Positions 36,538 through 50,132 of a stretch of DNA of 60,252 nt are shown piece by piece. A program made the position numbers and the translations under genes. Positions within the stretch are counted from its first letter, which is position 1; each line of letters starts with the position of its first letter. The notes under the pieces were generated by a model. That model ran no database searches. It was not told the origin of the DNA and saw only the letters and a list, made by a program, of their open reading frames with translations. Origin of the DNA: Bigelowiella natans CCMP2755 (taxonomy: Eukaryota; Protista; Cercozoa); contig ADNK01002846.1 of assembly GCA_000320545.1 (NCBI GenBank), positions 1 to 60,252 on the forward strand. Direction: 5' to 3'.

Positions 36538-37731
36538 ATGATGTCCAGAAATCCAGGTTCCGGCCATCTTCTCGCCGTTATCTCAGCCACAGTCACCCTA
36601 GCAGTGAACTCTGTCGCATCCCCAGAATTCTATGGAGCACCACATGCTGTGGAAGCTGGGAACTTAACTATAGTGGCGACATCTAAATCGCAGTCTTTTT
36701 CGTCAGGGTGCGCTAATGCATGGGGGAATGAAGAATACACACAGTCACAATGGGGGAGGGGGCAAAGAGAATTTTTTTAGCGAGTAGAGAGAGAGCATAG
36801 TGATTTTGGTCTCCTTTTCAAGGAAAGACTGAGCAGAAGGTATCCATGAAAAGGATGCTGGCGAGCAATATACCCTTTTGCTGCGGCCAATTTTGCGAAT
36901 GCTTCCTCGCAATAACATCATGTGCACACACCGTTTTTCGTGCACGATATTATTAATAATGAGGGTTGAGATGATTATTTTACATACCCACATACATTAA
37001 GTTTACACTAGATATATATCATCACATAAATGCATCATCCATTTAGGTTCTCCTTCCCGCTGCTGGACTCCGAAGGCACCGTTGTATTTGACGGCTACCA
37101 ATCCCAGGGTTCTGGTATATATGCAGCCAATGTTGCAAAGGGTCAAGGCGTCACCATCGCTCAAACTAACGGGAGCAGCTTCGTTGAATCCTTCTCCTTC
37201 AGTTCGCTAGCAAGCACTGCCACCTCAAAGGCGGGAACAGTTTTCCTTGGAACGTTTTCGCCGAAGTCCTCATCATCTCTCAGCACTGGTAGGTTTTTCC
37301 AACTTGGCTGCTTTGAGTGGCAAAACCCAGCAGCACAGCAACATCAATACGCCTTCAATACTTCAGTTTTATTGCAGTTGTCGCGTGGTGACCAATATAC
37401 CATTACAATATCATCATTCGCGGCATCAAGCGCCAGCAGCAGCTAAATGTAAACTATTCCATTTTAGGGATCTTCTTTTCGTACCGCAATAGCCCTCAGA
37501 AGCTTATTATGGTTGCAGGTTGTTTCTTAGTATTTCATCATCCATTTGAGTGATGGCGAGAGAGAGAGGGGGAGAGAGAGAAATGGCAACCCCCTTTATC
37601 AACCTTTGTTCAACACATTTTCTTATTCTTCTCTTCCCTCTCCTCCTCCTCCTTCTCCTAAAATTACTACTACAACTGCTGCTGCTGCTACTTCAATTAT
37701 CATGTTTATAAGTATATCACAAATATATTAA

Positions 37732-37766
<35 letters not shown>

Positions 37767-38004
37767 CACTCCCATATGATATGTATCAGTGCCATTGCTT
37801 CTTACTTTGATCATTCCATGTTCGCCGTGTTTCAACACCAGCTACGCTGCCAGCCGCCGAAGCTTTCGCTCTTCCTTCGTCATTGCATTTCACCAGCCTG
37901 AAAGATCCGACGGTGGACGAAGCCAACCGTATCGCATTTGAGGTAAACCGAATAACTTGTAAGCCGAGAGAGGGGGGGGGGGAGAGAAAGCGGAAGGGAA
38001 TAAA

Positions 38005-38048
<44 letters not shown>

Positions 38049-39378
38049 GTTGTCAAAACGCATTCCTCTCCTCCTCTGAGTCGTGACTCCTCCATTCCGC
38101 AGGGCGAGTTAAGCAATAACTCAACGGGGATCTATCTGGTCTCGTCGCCGCACACTCAGCCAGCGCTCGTCGTCGACCGCTCTGCTAAATTCCCTGACGG
38201 TAGAGATAGCAGCGCTGAAAATTAACAGAGCAGAGGAGGAGGTGTTAAGCGCTGATTGCGCCTCTTGTATTTTCTTAGGAATCGGAAGGCTGTGCTTCTC
38301 CAACGCAGCCTTGATGTCTACGACGGGCTCTGATAGCGTCGTCTTCTTCTCCTCTAACTGTAAAAAAAATACGAGCGAGAGAGGGGGGGGGTGGGGGGGG
38401 GGGAGAGGGGAGAGTCCGCGAGAATAGCATGTAGACACATATGAGCGCTGATGTTTCGAGGTTATTCGGGTGATACTTCATTATTATGTCCGTACCTCTG
38501 TTTTTTACACTATCATCAGGCGACGGAGCTAGCGCAGATGGAGAGATCAAAGCTGCCCTTCGCAATCGGAATAGAATGTAGTAGCATCATCCGTAAAACC
38601 TCACAACAAGATACAAAATGCGGACGTATGTATGTATGCGCGTGCGATTGGATGTGTGCCTTGAGTACCCTGCTTCTAGCATCTTAAACCTTCTCCTCAT
38701 TCTCATAATAACCATACTGCAAGGTGCCGCTCGCGTCGCTCTGTCGACCATACTATCAAGGTGGCCAGCTACTTGCTTGTCCTCATCCATCATTGTTGTT
38801 GTCGTTGTGGTGGTAGTGGTAGTAGCCCTTGCTTCCTTCGCTATATCACCCTGTCATCTCAGCGAAGGGCAAAATGCCTTTATTTTTCGTTTGTTCTCCC
38901 ACGTGTGTCGACATCCGAATTTGTGCCTACGACTACTACTACTACCACCTCTACTGCTACTAATCACTGGTGTCGGAACCTGCCAACACGCGCGTGTTCC
39001 CTGTCAGGACACTGCCAGCAACCTGGACGCTGGGGTCTTTATCGCCACCGCCTCCTCCTCCTCCTCTTCCTCTCCACCATCGTCGTCGTCGCCAGCCTTC
39101 ACCGTATCCGTGCTGGCCGACTTTCAGACTGAAGTCCCAGGGTCCAACTCATCGGAGCACTTCGAGGCCTTCGGCGCCCCCATAGCGGGCAGCGACATTG
39201 TAGCTTTCGTGGCCGAGACGAACCTAAGGCTGGGCATCTTCGCGTATCACGTAGCTACCAAAAAGCTCTCGGTAGGGATGACGAATGTTCATCGCCTGAG
39301 AGCCCCCTCGCTCGACAGACCCCCCTGTTTGCTTTCCTAACCTGCTCCTACACAAACAAACAAAAGCCTTGTGTGCAC

Positions 39379-39418
<40 letters not shown>

Positions 39419-39852
39419 GCATGCTAGCATGGCTGATCGAAACCCCCCCCCCTCCCCCCCCTCTATTTTTATCTGTTTGCAGGTGGTTGCTGACACCTTA
39501 ACGGCGGTTCCCGGGCTTACGGAAGGGCAGTTCGGTGACTTTCCATACGCTCCTTCTGTCTTCGGCACAAGTTGCGCCTTCTATGGAGACGCACCAGGCT
39601 CTGCCAGTGGAATCTATGTTTCTCAGAACGTCAATTTCAAAGGGGAGGATGAAAGCGAGAGTGAAAGCAGGAGTAATAGTATCTCTACCATCGTAACGAT
39701 GGCTAGCAGCTTCGGCACAGCGGCGGGGGGCGCCTTTTCATTCATAGGTGGGTAAATAGAAGTAGAAATGCAGTGTGTCGCTCGTATAGCTATAGCCGTG
39801 AGAGGGGAATCATGATATACGGACGTATGTGGTATGTTACATTTCTTGTGAG

Positions 39853-39892
<40 letters not shown>

Positions 39893-40066
39893 ACCGTTCT
39901 TGTCCTCGTTATCACACTCATCATCTATCGCGTCGGGGTCGCCTTTCCACCATCAGGATTCGGAGGCAACGCATACGCTGATGACAAGATTTCCTTCTAC
40001 GGTGTGACGACACTCGACGGAATATTCATGGTATATGCGCCCTGGGAGCCACTGAGTTGCATATGA
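36538..40066 (+). CDS. Multi-exon secreted beta-rich repeat protein, uncharacterised
   Basis: Signal-peptide-like start (HLLAVISATVTLAVNSVA). Exons carry repeated (V)VAD..T.VPG....F..F..P......AF.......GI[FY] units (about 37049-37140, 37842-37942, 38290-38340, 39008-39270, 39483-39747, 39957-40066). Confidence 0.55.
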
Positions 40067-41302
40067 AATTGCTGTTTATTTGTAGTAGTCCTCAGTGACC
40101 CTGTGTGTTATCTGGTCATCTGTGCTTATTTGGTCTTGTTGATATATCAGCTCCCTGTGCCGCCGAAGCATCACCCTTGATTGCCAAATTTATGTTGGAA
40201 TCTTCTATCTAGCTATCTTGACTTCACCCCGCTCATCATGACAACATCCAGTTACATACCACCACATGCACAAAAGTGGCAAGCTTTCTCCTTGATTTTC
40301 CTGTAGTTGCGAGGTGACAAATAAACGTGAGACTTATGCAACTGCGTGGAAGCTCCACTTCATTTAAGCTGGCTTCACTTTTCGTTGGTGGACATAGCAC
40401 CTGATAATATAAGATGGCCTCCAAAATTATCTGCCTTACTTGATGATCGACATGATTTATGGCGCAGGCTAACAGCAGGCAATGTCAATAATTAAATATA
40501 ATGATAAAGCTAGTATCGTAAAGCGCTGCAGCTGAATCACTCGTACACAGCTCTATCTAGAGCTAGACAGCTAGATAGGTACGCTAGTACGGTACACGGA
40601 CATACATGTATAGCAGAAAGCACCATAGCTAATAATAGACACAGTAATATCATAATATCATATATAGTATATATATGGTATTACATGTCTATAATAAGTA
40701 TCATGTCTATAATGCTATCTAGCTATTATACTATATCGCTATATCTACTAGCATAGCATAGCTACGATACATGATGCTAGCATGGCTAGATGGCTCGATC
40801 AATACGTACACAATGCCTATATAACTAGCTAACTAACCAGATCAAGAGATACGTATCGTCTACCACAGCTAGACAGCGCCTTGCTAGCTTGACTAGTTCT
40901 AGAGTTGGCTATATATCTAATACATTCAGCACTGACCGTGTTGGTACGTGATGGTTATGTACGCATTACCTGCGCAATCTAGCAACATACATAACGCGCT
41001 AGGCGTGCGTGGCGCAGCATTGCTATCATCATTCCCGCAGCAGCTGGCACATATTAACATCGATCAAGATTATTGAATCAGTGATAAAGTTGTCTAGATG
41101 TACACACATGGCGGCAAAAGGGCAGCAAATTGGCCTGATGGCAACTGCCGTCGATCATTTCGATACCAGTAATTCCTCAGTAAGACAGCGTATTGTTACA
41201 GCGTATCTCTGGGTGGCAGAAAATGAAACCCGATTTTGTGCCGCATCCACCATGCAGTGTCGATCAATAAATGACAAGCCTTACCTCACCAAGCTCTCAG
41301 GC

Positions 41303-42325
41303 TTAAACCTGGCCTGCGCTGATTTGGCTTTCAATGCCGCACTCGTCATTTCCACGAGCGATCTTGAAGGTTCCGTTGTCACCCCAGCTCTCGTTCCAGG
41401 AGTTGACCACGAGCCAGTAATCCTGTCCATCTTCAACACCCCATCCGATGATCTTGATAGCGTGACCGCCAAGCGCAGAGCCAGAGGTGTGCTTGTAAAC
41501 GCCGGACTTGTAGTTTGGGAAGTCAGAGTAGACGGTGAAGGCCCCGGTGACAGGTCCATAGGTCATGATGTCGGTCTGGATCTTCAATACGCCGCTGACG
41601 CCGTACGCCTTCTTTGCGTTCTTCTTATCGTCGCTGTAGCTCTTGCCGTACTTGCTATCGGAGCATTTCTTGGAGCACCTAGGAGTAGGGTATTCCTGGC
41701 TTGGGCAAGGACCGTACTTAGAGCTCTTCACGTGGTGAGCGCAAGGCTTGAGGGAATATGGAAGGCAGGTTCCGCCGTCCTCCTCTCCGTAGTCGCCACC
41801 GGTTACGACACCATGAGTCGTGAACCAACGCCAAGCCATACCAGGCTGTCCACCATTGCAGCCCATTGAGGAGCACTGGAGGAACCCGCAGCAAGCAGTG
41901 GTGTCATCCGGGGAAAGGAGAGTGGTGTCTCCCGTAGAGATGCATCGGCGGTCATTGAAAGCTTCGGTGGATCCAAATGCCCAGCAGGAACCGCAGGATG
42001 ACTGGTCACGAATGTGTCCAATGGAAGGGCACTTTGGCCAATTGGTGCGCGAGTCGAAGTTGTCAGGGATGTCGTTAGCAATGTTATCATAGTTGGATCC
42101 TTCCTTTTCGGGAAGAGCCTTGTAGTCTTTGTGGTCTTTGAGGAAGGTTCCACAGAGTTGCTTCACCTGCTTCAGCTTTAGGCCCTTGAACCTTGGGCTT
42201 TCATGAGCCTTCCATGTGGTGTTCATGGCATTGATCTTTGCAGCAATTTCAGAGGAAGTTGCAGGAGCATTAAGATCGAGGTCTTTGGCCAGGGCCGAAA
42301 CAAGGAGGGATGCGATAACCAGCAT
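41303..42325 (-). CDS. CTSB: Cathepsin B-like cysteine protease (papain family C1A)
   Basis: Signal and propeptide, IPDNFDSRTNWPKCPSIGHIRDQSSCGSCWAF (catalytic Cys), occluding loop PCAHH, GGHAIKIIGWG (His), YWLVVNSWN (Asn). Confidence 0.97.
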   Translation of the reverse strand: MLVIASLLVSALAKDLDLNAPATSSEIAAKINAMNTTWKAHESPRFKGLKLKQVKQLCGTFLKDHKDYKALPEKEGSNYDNIANDIPDNFDSRTNWPKCPSIGHIRDQSSCGSCWAFGSTEAFNDRRCISTGDTTLLSPDDTTACCGFLQCSSMGCNGGQPGMAWRWFTTHGVVTGGDYGEEDGGTCLPYSLKPCAHHVKSSKYGPCPSQEYPTPRCSKKCSDSKYGKSYSDDKKNAKKAYGVSGVLKIQTDIMTYGPVTGAFTVYSDFPNYKSGVYKHTSGSALGGHAIKIIGWGVEDGQDYWLVVNSWNESWGDNGTFKIARGNDECGIESQISAGQV

Positions 42326-43171
42326 GATCTAACGTAGCAAAGGTTTTACTTAGTTATCATAAACATTCTACAATTGAAAACGTGGTTACGTCGCAAAAGA
42401 ATAGTAATGGACTAAGTAGAAGACTGGGTGGGGGGTCGCATAACGAGCTCGCACCTGTTTTCAGATTATGAATACCATTCGGCAGAATTTAATCTGCTAA
42501 TTCTCTTGACATTCCTTTAGAAATGAACATAGATGTTAAAATTGTCCTGAATTTCAGAGCTTGATGCAGTTAGGCTGCCTAGATTTTGCGAGCATTGTTG
42601 CTGAAAACAGACATGCGCGACTGTGAAAATCATCTCTAAAATATGTTTCATCCACTTGATTATGGTCCTAGATTATATGAAAAACGTCAGTTCTTGCACT
42701 AAATGATATAAATTGAAGGGAGTAGGGCTACATTCTCTAGACAAAATCTGGCACAAAAGAAGCCTCTTAGATCTAAATGGGATTTCATGACTCGGAATTG
42801 GCCAGCATTCAATTGCGAAAGAAGCTCGAAAGCTTGTGAAAGTCCGCATAAACGCAGGGGATTTTACCCTCGAAATGCATGGGGTACCAGACCGCCAGAC
42901 CCGCCTCTGGAGGGCATTCCCAGACAGAATTTCGACGTACTGACTCAATTGAAAGCTGGTATTTTGGAAATATTTTTACGCCTAAAACTTCGTATGGGCA
43001 ATAATACCTCTAATTCTGTACTTCCAGACAAGATTTTATCCGGAAACTATCTAGTACAATGTTCACCATTTCTTACCAAGTCACAAATCAAGCACCTCGC
43101 CCACCCAGAACCCTGCCCACGTGTCCTGTTTCTGCTGCTGCTGCTGCTGCTGCTGCGTGTTGAAGGCTGCC

Positions 43172-46100
43172 ATGGAGAAAGCAGCGTTCACAGACAAGGA
43201 ACGGAATGCATCAACAGAAGCTACATCAGTGAATCCTGATTCTTTCAGTTTTATTGAGGTTTATACTTCTAACCTCGCTCTATGTTGGAAATTAGCGACG
43301 TCACGTGGTGTTATCCCCCCGCCCCTTTTCAGTTGTTTTCTGGGATCGGTGGATTCAGAGTCGGGTGAGTTGCCACTCAGTGATACGATTTGCCAATTCG
43401 TAGTTAACAAATCATCAATTCACGTCAATCCCGGTGTGCTCCGGAGCTTCTAACCGATGCTGAATTTGGTGTCAGCTTGGAGGCCTTAGGGGGGACATGT
43501 GTCTGGGCGTGCGAAATCGAGCCACAGGTTTGCAAATTGTCTCGTCGTAGACTTCGCAATGCTTCAACATTAAAATAGCTAGAATCGGTCATCAGTGACA
43601 GCAAACTTATAGAGCGGACAACCAATCCCCAGGCTCGAAAGTGCTATCGCGCCAATTTTCCATGCAAGGACGGGAACACAACAGTGGAAACTGAAAAACT
43701 TTGCCGTGACATCACAAAAGTGGACGTGAAAATGATTCCGGAACATGATATCCTCACAGCCGGTTAGCGTCTGCAATCGAAAGCCGAAAGCAGCCTTGTT
43801 TGCTTCAATGTTTGCGTGCGTGTTTGCGAGTGTGTGGTCAATTTCTGATAGCAGTATTTCTCATTCATTCCGGATTTCCGCGTAGTCCTCCCTTCGTGTA
43901 ACCAACCTCTGTGACGAATCGCCTCAAAAACATTGCTTCCTCATGGTTCTCCTTTCTGATTTCTCTCCACCCCCTTTAATTCCCTTTTGCAATCTATCTT
44001 GGGGTCAGGATTCCCCTGCCAGCCCTTTTCACGACTAGGGACGCAGCCGGGCTTGCAGGACGAACGAAAGGGGGGGTGAGTAGCAGCTCGATGGCGGCTT
44101 GCTGCCATTCGTTCCAACATGAAGAAAACTGATCATAATCTAGTATAGAGGGTCAACACGTCCTCATCGATTCCGCTGCTTCTCTTTAGGCTATTTGGAG
44201 AGATCGTGCGCATAGCTGAGGCAACGAGGCCGAAGGCGCTGCTGTTAGAAAATGTTCCTGGATTGCTCGTCATGTCGGGCCAGCGTGACATCTACGCACA
44301 CATCTCTCGTAGTCTTGAGCGCATAGGATACGAGGTCTATAGCCACGTGATGGACAGTGCTACCGTGTTACCCCAACGTCGCCGCCGTCTCTACATCGTC
44401 GGGGTGATAGCACTCTTCCTTGGGAATCGGGGAGGGATACGGGTTACATAGTGGGTCTTCGAGCAGAGGAAAGGGTTAGGGTTAGGGTTAGAACCTTCAT
44501 CGTATGAGGGTGTTCGGGGTTTCGTTGGTTTCCTTCTTTTCTTCCGCACGTATTTAGACGTATATTCTATCTCTCACGAGTATAAATAAATCTCCTGATT
44601 CATCTGCAAAAACAACATAATGTTGCTTGTGTCACATTTCCCTAGATACGCAGCGACCTATCAGCCACCCCGCACTCCTCCTCCTCCTCCTCGTCGTCGT
44701 CGTCGTCGCCATCGTCTTCACAACACAGCTCCCAGCAGAAGCAGTATCAAAAGGCAGCGTTTCTCTTCCCTTACTTGCCTGATCTCATGCGGCCAGTCGG
44801 AGAGATATTACTCCCTTCCTCCTGTTCTTCGAGCTTGACGAAGGACATGACGTTGACCCATCACCAATGGCGGAGAAGACTAGAGGCTGGCCCGCCCGGA
44901 CTTTTCTTCTTGGATCTCAATCGTCCAGCGCCCACACTCACCAAGAGCTATCGATCCGCACCGGGAAGGTATTACCTACAGGCATACTTACCCCATAGCG
45001 ACCATCCACCCCTGTGTCTGATGCTGTGAAGTAAATTGAGGTGTGGCCCTTTGTTCTATCATTGTAATCATCATTAGAGGTTCTGCTGCTCGCATAGCTA
45101 GTTGCAGCGGCACCAGAAATCATCACCAAGACAGCACGTCGTCAGTCCCTGCAATTCCATCATCGACACCCATATCAGCGTCAAAGTCATTATCATCATC
45201 ATCATCAACAACAACAACAACAACGGCGTCACCATCGTCATCAAGAGGTTGGATGAACCTCGTTCCACCGCCTCCCCTGCCATCATCATTGCCAGCAACA
45301 GCAGCATTACCAAGAACCTACCCCTTCTCCGCCTCCTCCGCCTCCTCCTCCTCCTCCTCCTCCTCCTCCTCCTCCTCCTCTCCCCCCTCCAACCAGGAGA
45401 CACGTCCCCGATTCCTAGCCCCAAGGGAGTTTGCTCGGCTGCAGGGATTTCCTGAGTCCTTTCGCCTGGATGGCCAGACAGAGAGGTTAGAAGGGGAAGA
45501 GAGGAAAAGAGGGAGAGAGGAGGAGAGGGAGGGCGGGTAGAGAAAGATGGGGAGAGAGAAACCCAAGTCGCTGCAGAAGAACACGTCAAATAAGCACACA
45601 GCTTCTGTGGATATCCAAACTCATACACACCACGGCGCGAGCCTTACACGCTCGGACTGATATGTTTCCAAAACAGGCAAAACCCATACGCAGCCCTCTT
45701 CGGCAACGCGGTGTCACCCCCAATCGTCACGGCCATTGGAGGGGCGATTCTGCACTGGCTCTCTCGCAGAGGTAGACGCTGCCGTGATGGAAAGGACGAG
45801 GGACGCAGTGGTCCTCGTTCCAAAAGCTCACGCCTCATCAACTGGGAGCCCAAAATAGACACAAAATCGGATGCCTCCTCTTGGCAGCGGCACGTCATCG
45901 CGATCTGTACTCGCAATGCTAGCGGTGGGAGGGAGACAGAGAATGAGCCCCCTCTCTGTAGCCAGGCGATCTTCACTCTCTGCAAAGTGCTGGAGCTGGC
46001 ACTGGATGCCCTGCCAGAGGATTTGAGGAAAACTTACGCATTGAAGGCCGCCAATGATGTGCTGGCGACTTCAAAACGGGCTGACAGCGAAGAATGTAAA

Positions 46101-46403
46101 GCACTTAACAGCGGTACAAGAGACATGCTATTTCGACTGAACGGCATGGAGCGTGCCGATGGTCATGAAGGCACTCGGCACAGTGGTAGTGATGCTGCTG
46201 GTTCGTTAGTAATGACTGATGGTAGCGGGTGTCGTCGTAGCAACAGCTGTCACAGATATTTTCGCATGGGTTTCTGCCCTTGGGGACTCAAATGCAGGTT
46301 TTCCCATGGTGAAGATGGAGGGGATGGTTTGCAAAGAGTGCCCCAGAGCCTTCGTAGATGCAAAGCGGCCCTCGAAATTGTGTGCGGCTACCTACGGAAA
46401 TGA
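43172..46403 (+). CDS. Multi-exon C5-cytosine DNA methyltransferase (bacterial Dcm/HhaI-like) with C-terminal CCCH zinc finger
   Basis: Spliced motifs in canonical order: I FSFIE|LFSGIGGF, II CVWACEIE, III DITKVD, IV HDILTAG|FPCQPFS, VI LLLENVPGL, VIII LPQRRRRLYIVG, TRD PAPTLTKSY, IX RFLAPREFARLQGFP, X LFGNAVSPPI; then C-x8-C-x5-C-x3-H (CHRYFRMGFCPWGLKCRFSH). Start codon uncertain. Confidence 0.9.
44472..44491 (+). repeat. Short interstitial (TTAGGG)n tract in an intron
   Basis: agggttagggttagggttag. Confidence 0.6.
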
Positions 46404-46883
46404 ATAATGAGAGTGCGTGGCTATATTTACACGCGATGTGAAACATTGCTAGATTGCTAGAGGCTCGCTACATACATATGCGCTCACAAATGTGCACAAT
46501 CATCTTGCTTTCGGGTTGGCTAGCTAGCTAGCTGGTTATGCTTGTGCAGGATCTGCAGCTCGTAGCATTCGATCTAGCTAGCGTTGATGTATGTAAAGTG
46601 CGTGCGCATCGTCTGCGCATGCAGATCTTCCCCAGATGACGGTCTCTCGCCCGTGCATGAGCAGCGTACGTGGCGGAACATTTTTGCTCATTGTGTGGTC
46701 AAATTTGTATAATCAATTATTTGCAGTTGTTTAAGTTGTGACTTCTGAAGAAGCCACGCACGCGCTTGATAGCATCAGCGCACAGTCCGTGAGGCATGCT
46801 ATGCAGGTCGCCAAAGCTGTGCATGTACGTGAGATGCGGATAGTAATGAATGGAACAAATTGTCAAATAATAGACACAGCAAT

Positions 46884-46919
<36 letters not shown>

Positions 46920-47359
46920 GTATTGCATGTCTATCATTCAAGACACACCATTGGTCCTCCCAATGAGTGTGAGCATGTAGTGCGTGCTAGCTAGACATCA
47001 CAAAATTAATTTCACAAATGGCATCTCTAGTTGTCATGCATTGCGCTGTGTCCTTCGTCGTAAATGCTTTAGCTCAAGAACCTGGAACTCAGGCTCACAA
47101 CTGTCTTGTTTTGCTAGTGAGCGCTGACGCAGCCTTTAGACCAGCCTCTTAATTCCTCGAAAGATTGATTTCGGTGGGGAGATCTAGGGATTAAAGATGA
47201 TGATTAGTTAAAGATTTGACATGCTTGCTGCACCGAACAATGCACGTGGTAGAACGCTGAAATCCATGAAATCAAATGCACATGTGCCATTACAACAAAA
47301 TCAAAAGGAATCACCACCATTCCTCACCAGCACGGGGAATAACGTCGCAGCCCACTTAC

Positions 47360-47746
47360 CTTTTTCGCATAGACATCGCCCGTTCGGTCCTTGAATAAGA
47401 GGGAGAAGATCTTTGCTAATTCCTGCGCCGATGATTTATTGTCACTTTCGCGCTGACAGCAGCAGCAGAGAACATACACCACCCACCTTGTCATCCTTGG
47501 TGAAATAGTCCGAACTCAGACGCCCACAGAACGAGGAGGCTAGCACGTTATCCTCACATGTCTGGCGATGATTAGAGAATGGGAAGAAGCGCGTCAAAAG
47601 TCAGGCTGCTTGCCGACAGAACACGTCCGTGCTCTAGTAAGCGAAGAGTCCAATACCTTATTCGAAGGAGCCTCGCATCCAAATGAATCCACCCAAGTTG
47701 TGTACTCCTTCTCGACCTTTTCGTCCCTGCGTTTATGGTGCTGCTT

Positions 47747-47783
<37 letters not shown>

Positions 47784-48137
47784 CGTCGTCATCTACTGTG
47801 ACAACCAAAGATACCATGGAGCATTTCAAAAAAGAAATCATTCTCAAAACTCCTCAGCAGCCCTTAGAGAACAGAGGCGCTTTTCGTATTGGGATAGCGC
47901 ATTCGCATAACGGTCAAAAATCCCTCATGAATTCCCCACAAATCCCAAGTAACTCTCCTGGGGAAGCTTTCCCCATGCGATGACCACTTCGATGAGCTTT
48001 GGAGATCATCTGCCACGGTCTTCAGCAGCACTTCGCTTGCAAATCCGGGTGGGAAAATAGCCTACAGTCATTTTTGGCATGGATCAGAGCGAGGAGGCAC
48101 GGCAATATCATAGTAAAAAGAAGTTACGCCACACATT

Positions 48138-48215
<78 letters not shown>

Positions 48216-48870
48216 ACATACAACACACACAGTAAACATTAAAAACACAAACTTTGAGCTTAGGGTCCTTCGATATCGCCCACAGAAGGGAATATGCCCC
48301 GATGCTGGCGTCGTGCTCCGCTGACATACTGAGCAACGAACAAAATAGGAGATCATCAGAATCATGCAAAAGAACAGAAGAAACAAAATAAGTGATGTAA
48401 AACCGCCTCGAAAAAAAACAGACTACTGTATGCGCTAACTCGTCGGAAAGAAACCACTTTTGAGATAGCGTGGGAAAGCAGCATGCCAGCCCTACCTACC
48501 CCCTATCATCGGGGAGATAATCACCTGTATGCGTTCTTGTCTTTCTGCTCTGCAAGCCCTTGGACGATGTGGGTAATCTGAATGGGTACCATACATCCCA
48601 TCCTGAGGTTATGATTGGAGGTACCAGCGTATGCCAACGTCAATCTCTCATTACCTCATGGCAAGTGCGGTCAAAACACCAAAAGAAGACATCACGTCTG
48701 GTCCTTCCTGCAAGGTTTCACCATGTGATTGATCACGGCTGTCGCAATTTCATAAGAAAAGGTATTTGGGCCGTTGCATGCGCGAGCTCTGTGTTTTTGC
48801 GGCTTACGAAGACCCTGGCTTTTCCTTCCGAGTTGGTAGTTTTCCATGATGAACTTCACGTGTGCTTCTC

Positions 48871-48902
<32 letters not shown>

Positions 48903-50132
48903 TTGATGATGATGCTGTTGGTGATGATGATGGACGATGATGATTGGTACATCTGACAACCACCATGATGATAATGTTAAATGTGTGCAAGAAACGCTGA
49001 AGGAAGTATCTGCACCCGAGCTTGTCGATGTTGGGATAGGAAATTGTTTTCTCCGCCGACGACGCCATAAAACCCACCTGTATAAGATGAACCATCATCT
49101 TCCATAACATGCACATTGGTGAAGCGCGAGCATCATTGATTGACACCTCATATTGAACCATGAAATCTGCCCCGCTTCCTTGGATCGAATTCACCTTTTT
49201 CAGAATTAAAGAGAACACCATTGGGTTGTGTAAATCCAGAAAGTAAAGTTTGCACAAACTGTGCGCAGCCCCCTCACCCCACCTTGATTTCTTGTAAAAC
49301 TTTAGAGATGTCTTTGATGCTTCCTTGCAGAAGCTCTTCGAGTTTGCGGCGGCAACCCTCGAGGACCCTTCGAGTAAAAATCATCCCCAAGGTTAATCTC
49401 ACAACCACGTTGCTGTCCACACCGATTGAATTGTGTAAGACAACAAAACCCACATTTGCATTGTCCCGTCATAATCAAACAGTCCTGCTTTGTCTAATTG
49501 CGCCTCCGTTCCTTCCACGAGTTTGCAGACCTGCGTGTCACCTTAAGTCTTCGTTTTATATATGAATGATATGGCGTTTTTCCCACCTGAGCGTTGGTGA
49601 GCTTCTTATTGCCTTCCCCGATAAGTTCTACATGTCCCTTTTCCTCCCGGAGCTCCACTTTTAACTCTTCTTTGGCAATCTGGATTTATGCAACATGCAA
49701 CTGAGGACCTTATCCAATAAATCTATTTCCCTTCTTTTTGGCAGCCAAAAAAGGAACATGAAATGTGGACACCGTCGTAATGTCCTCCTTAGCCTCTGTA
49801 TAGAATTCTTTCGCCAAGAAACCCAAGTCCTTCACCGAGAAACTTCCTGATTTTGAATATCCATTCTTCAAATCGCTATTTCTTTGAGAAATCACAGCAA
49901 TGCACCTGTGGAATCAGCGTTCTCTTTTGCTTTTTCAAACGATTTGAATAGGTCGAGGAAGGATAGAAGACGGGAAAGGGAGACACCCTCTACCACAGCA
50001 CGTAAAAAAAATAGTCACAAAAGAATGCCGATAAGCTGACGACGATTAACAAATGCCAGCACAAAGCACGTCGCCATCACCCACGCACGGACTAGTACTT
50101 TTAGACGAGGATGGCGGTGGTGATTTGTCCAT
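47360..50132 (-). CDS. Probable multi-exon gene, uncharacterised (boundaries approximate)
   Basis: Minus-strand coding-like segments with splice-like ends at about 48692-48855, 48990-49195, 49283-49430, 49535-49688 and 49773-49906. No domain recognised. Confidence 0.35.

Noticed and set aside
41009-41869. 286-aa plus-strand ORF
   Set aside because: Antisense shadow of cathepsin B; likewise 34088-35031 opposite MPP10 and 52923-53789 opposite the AP2 gene.
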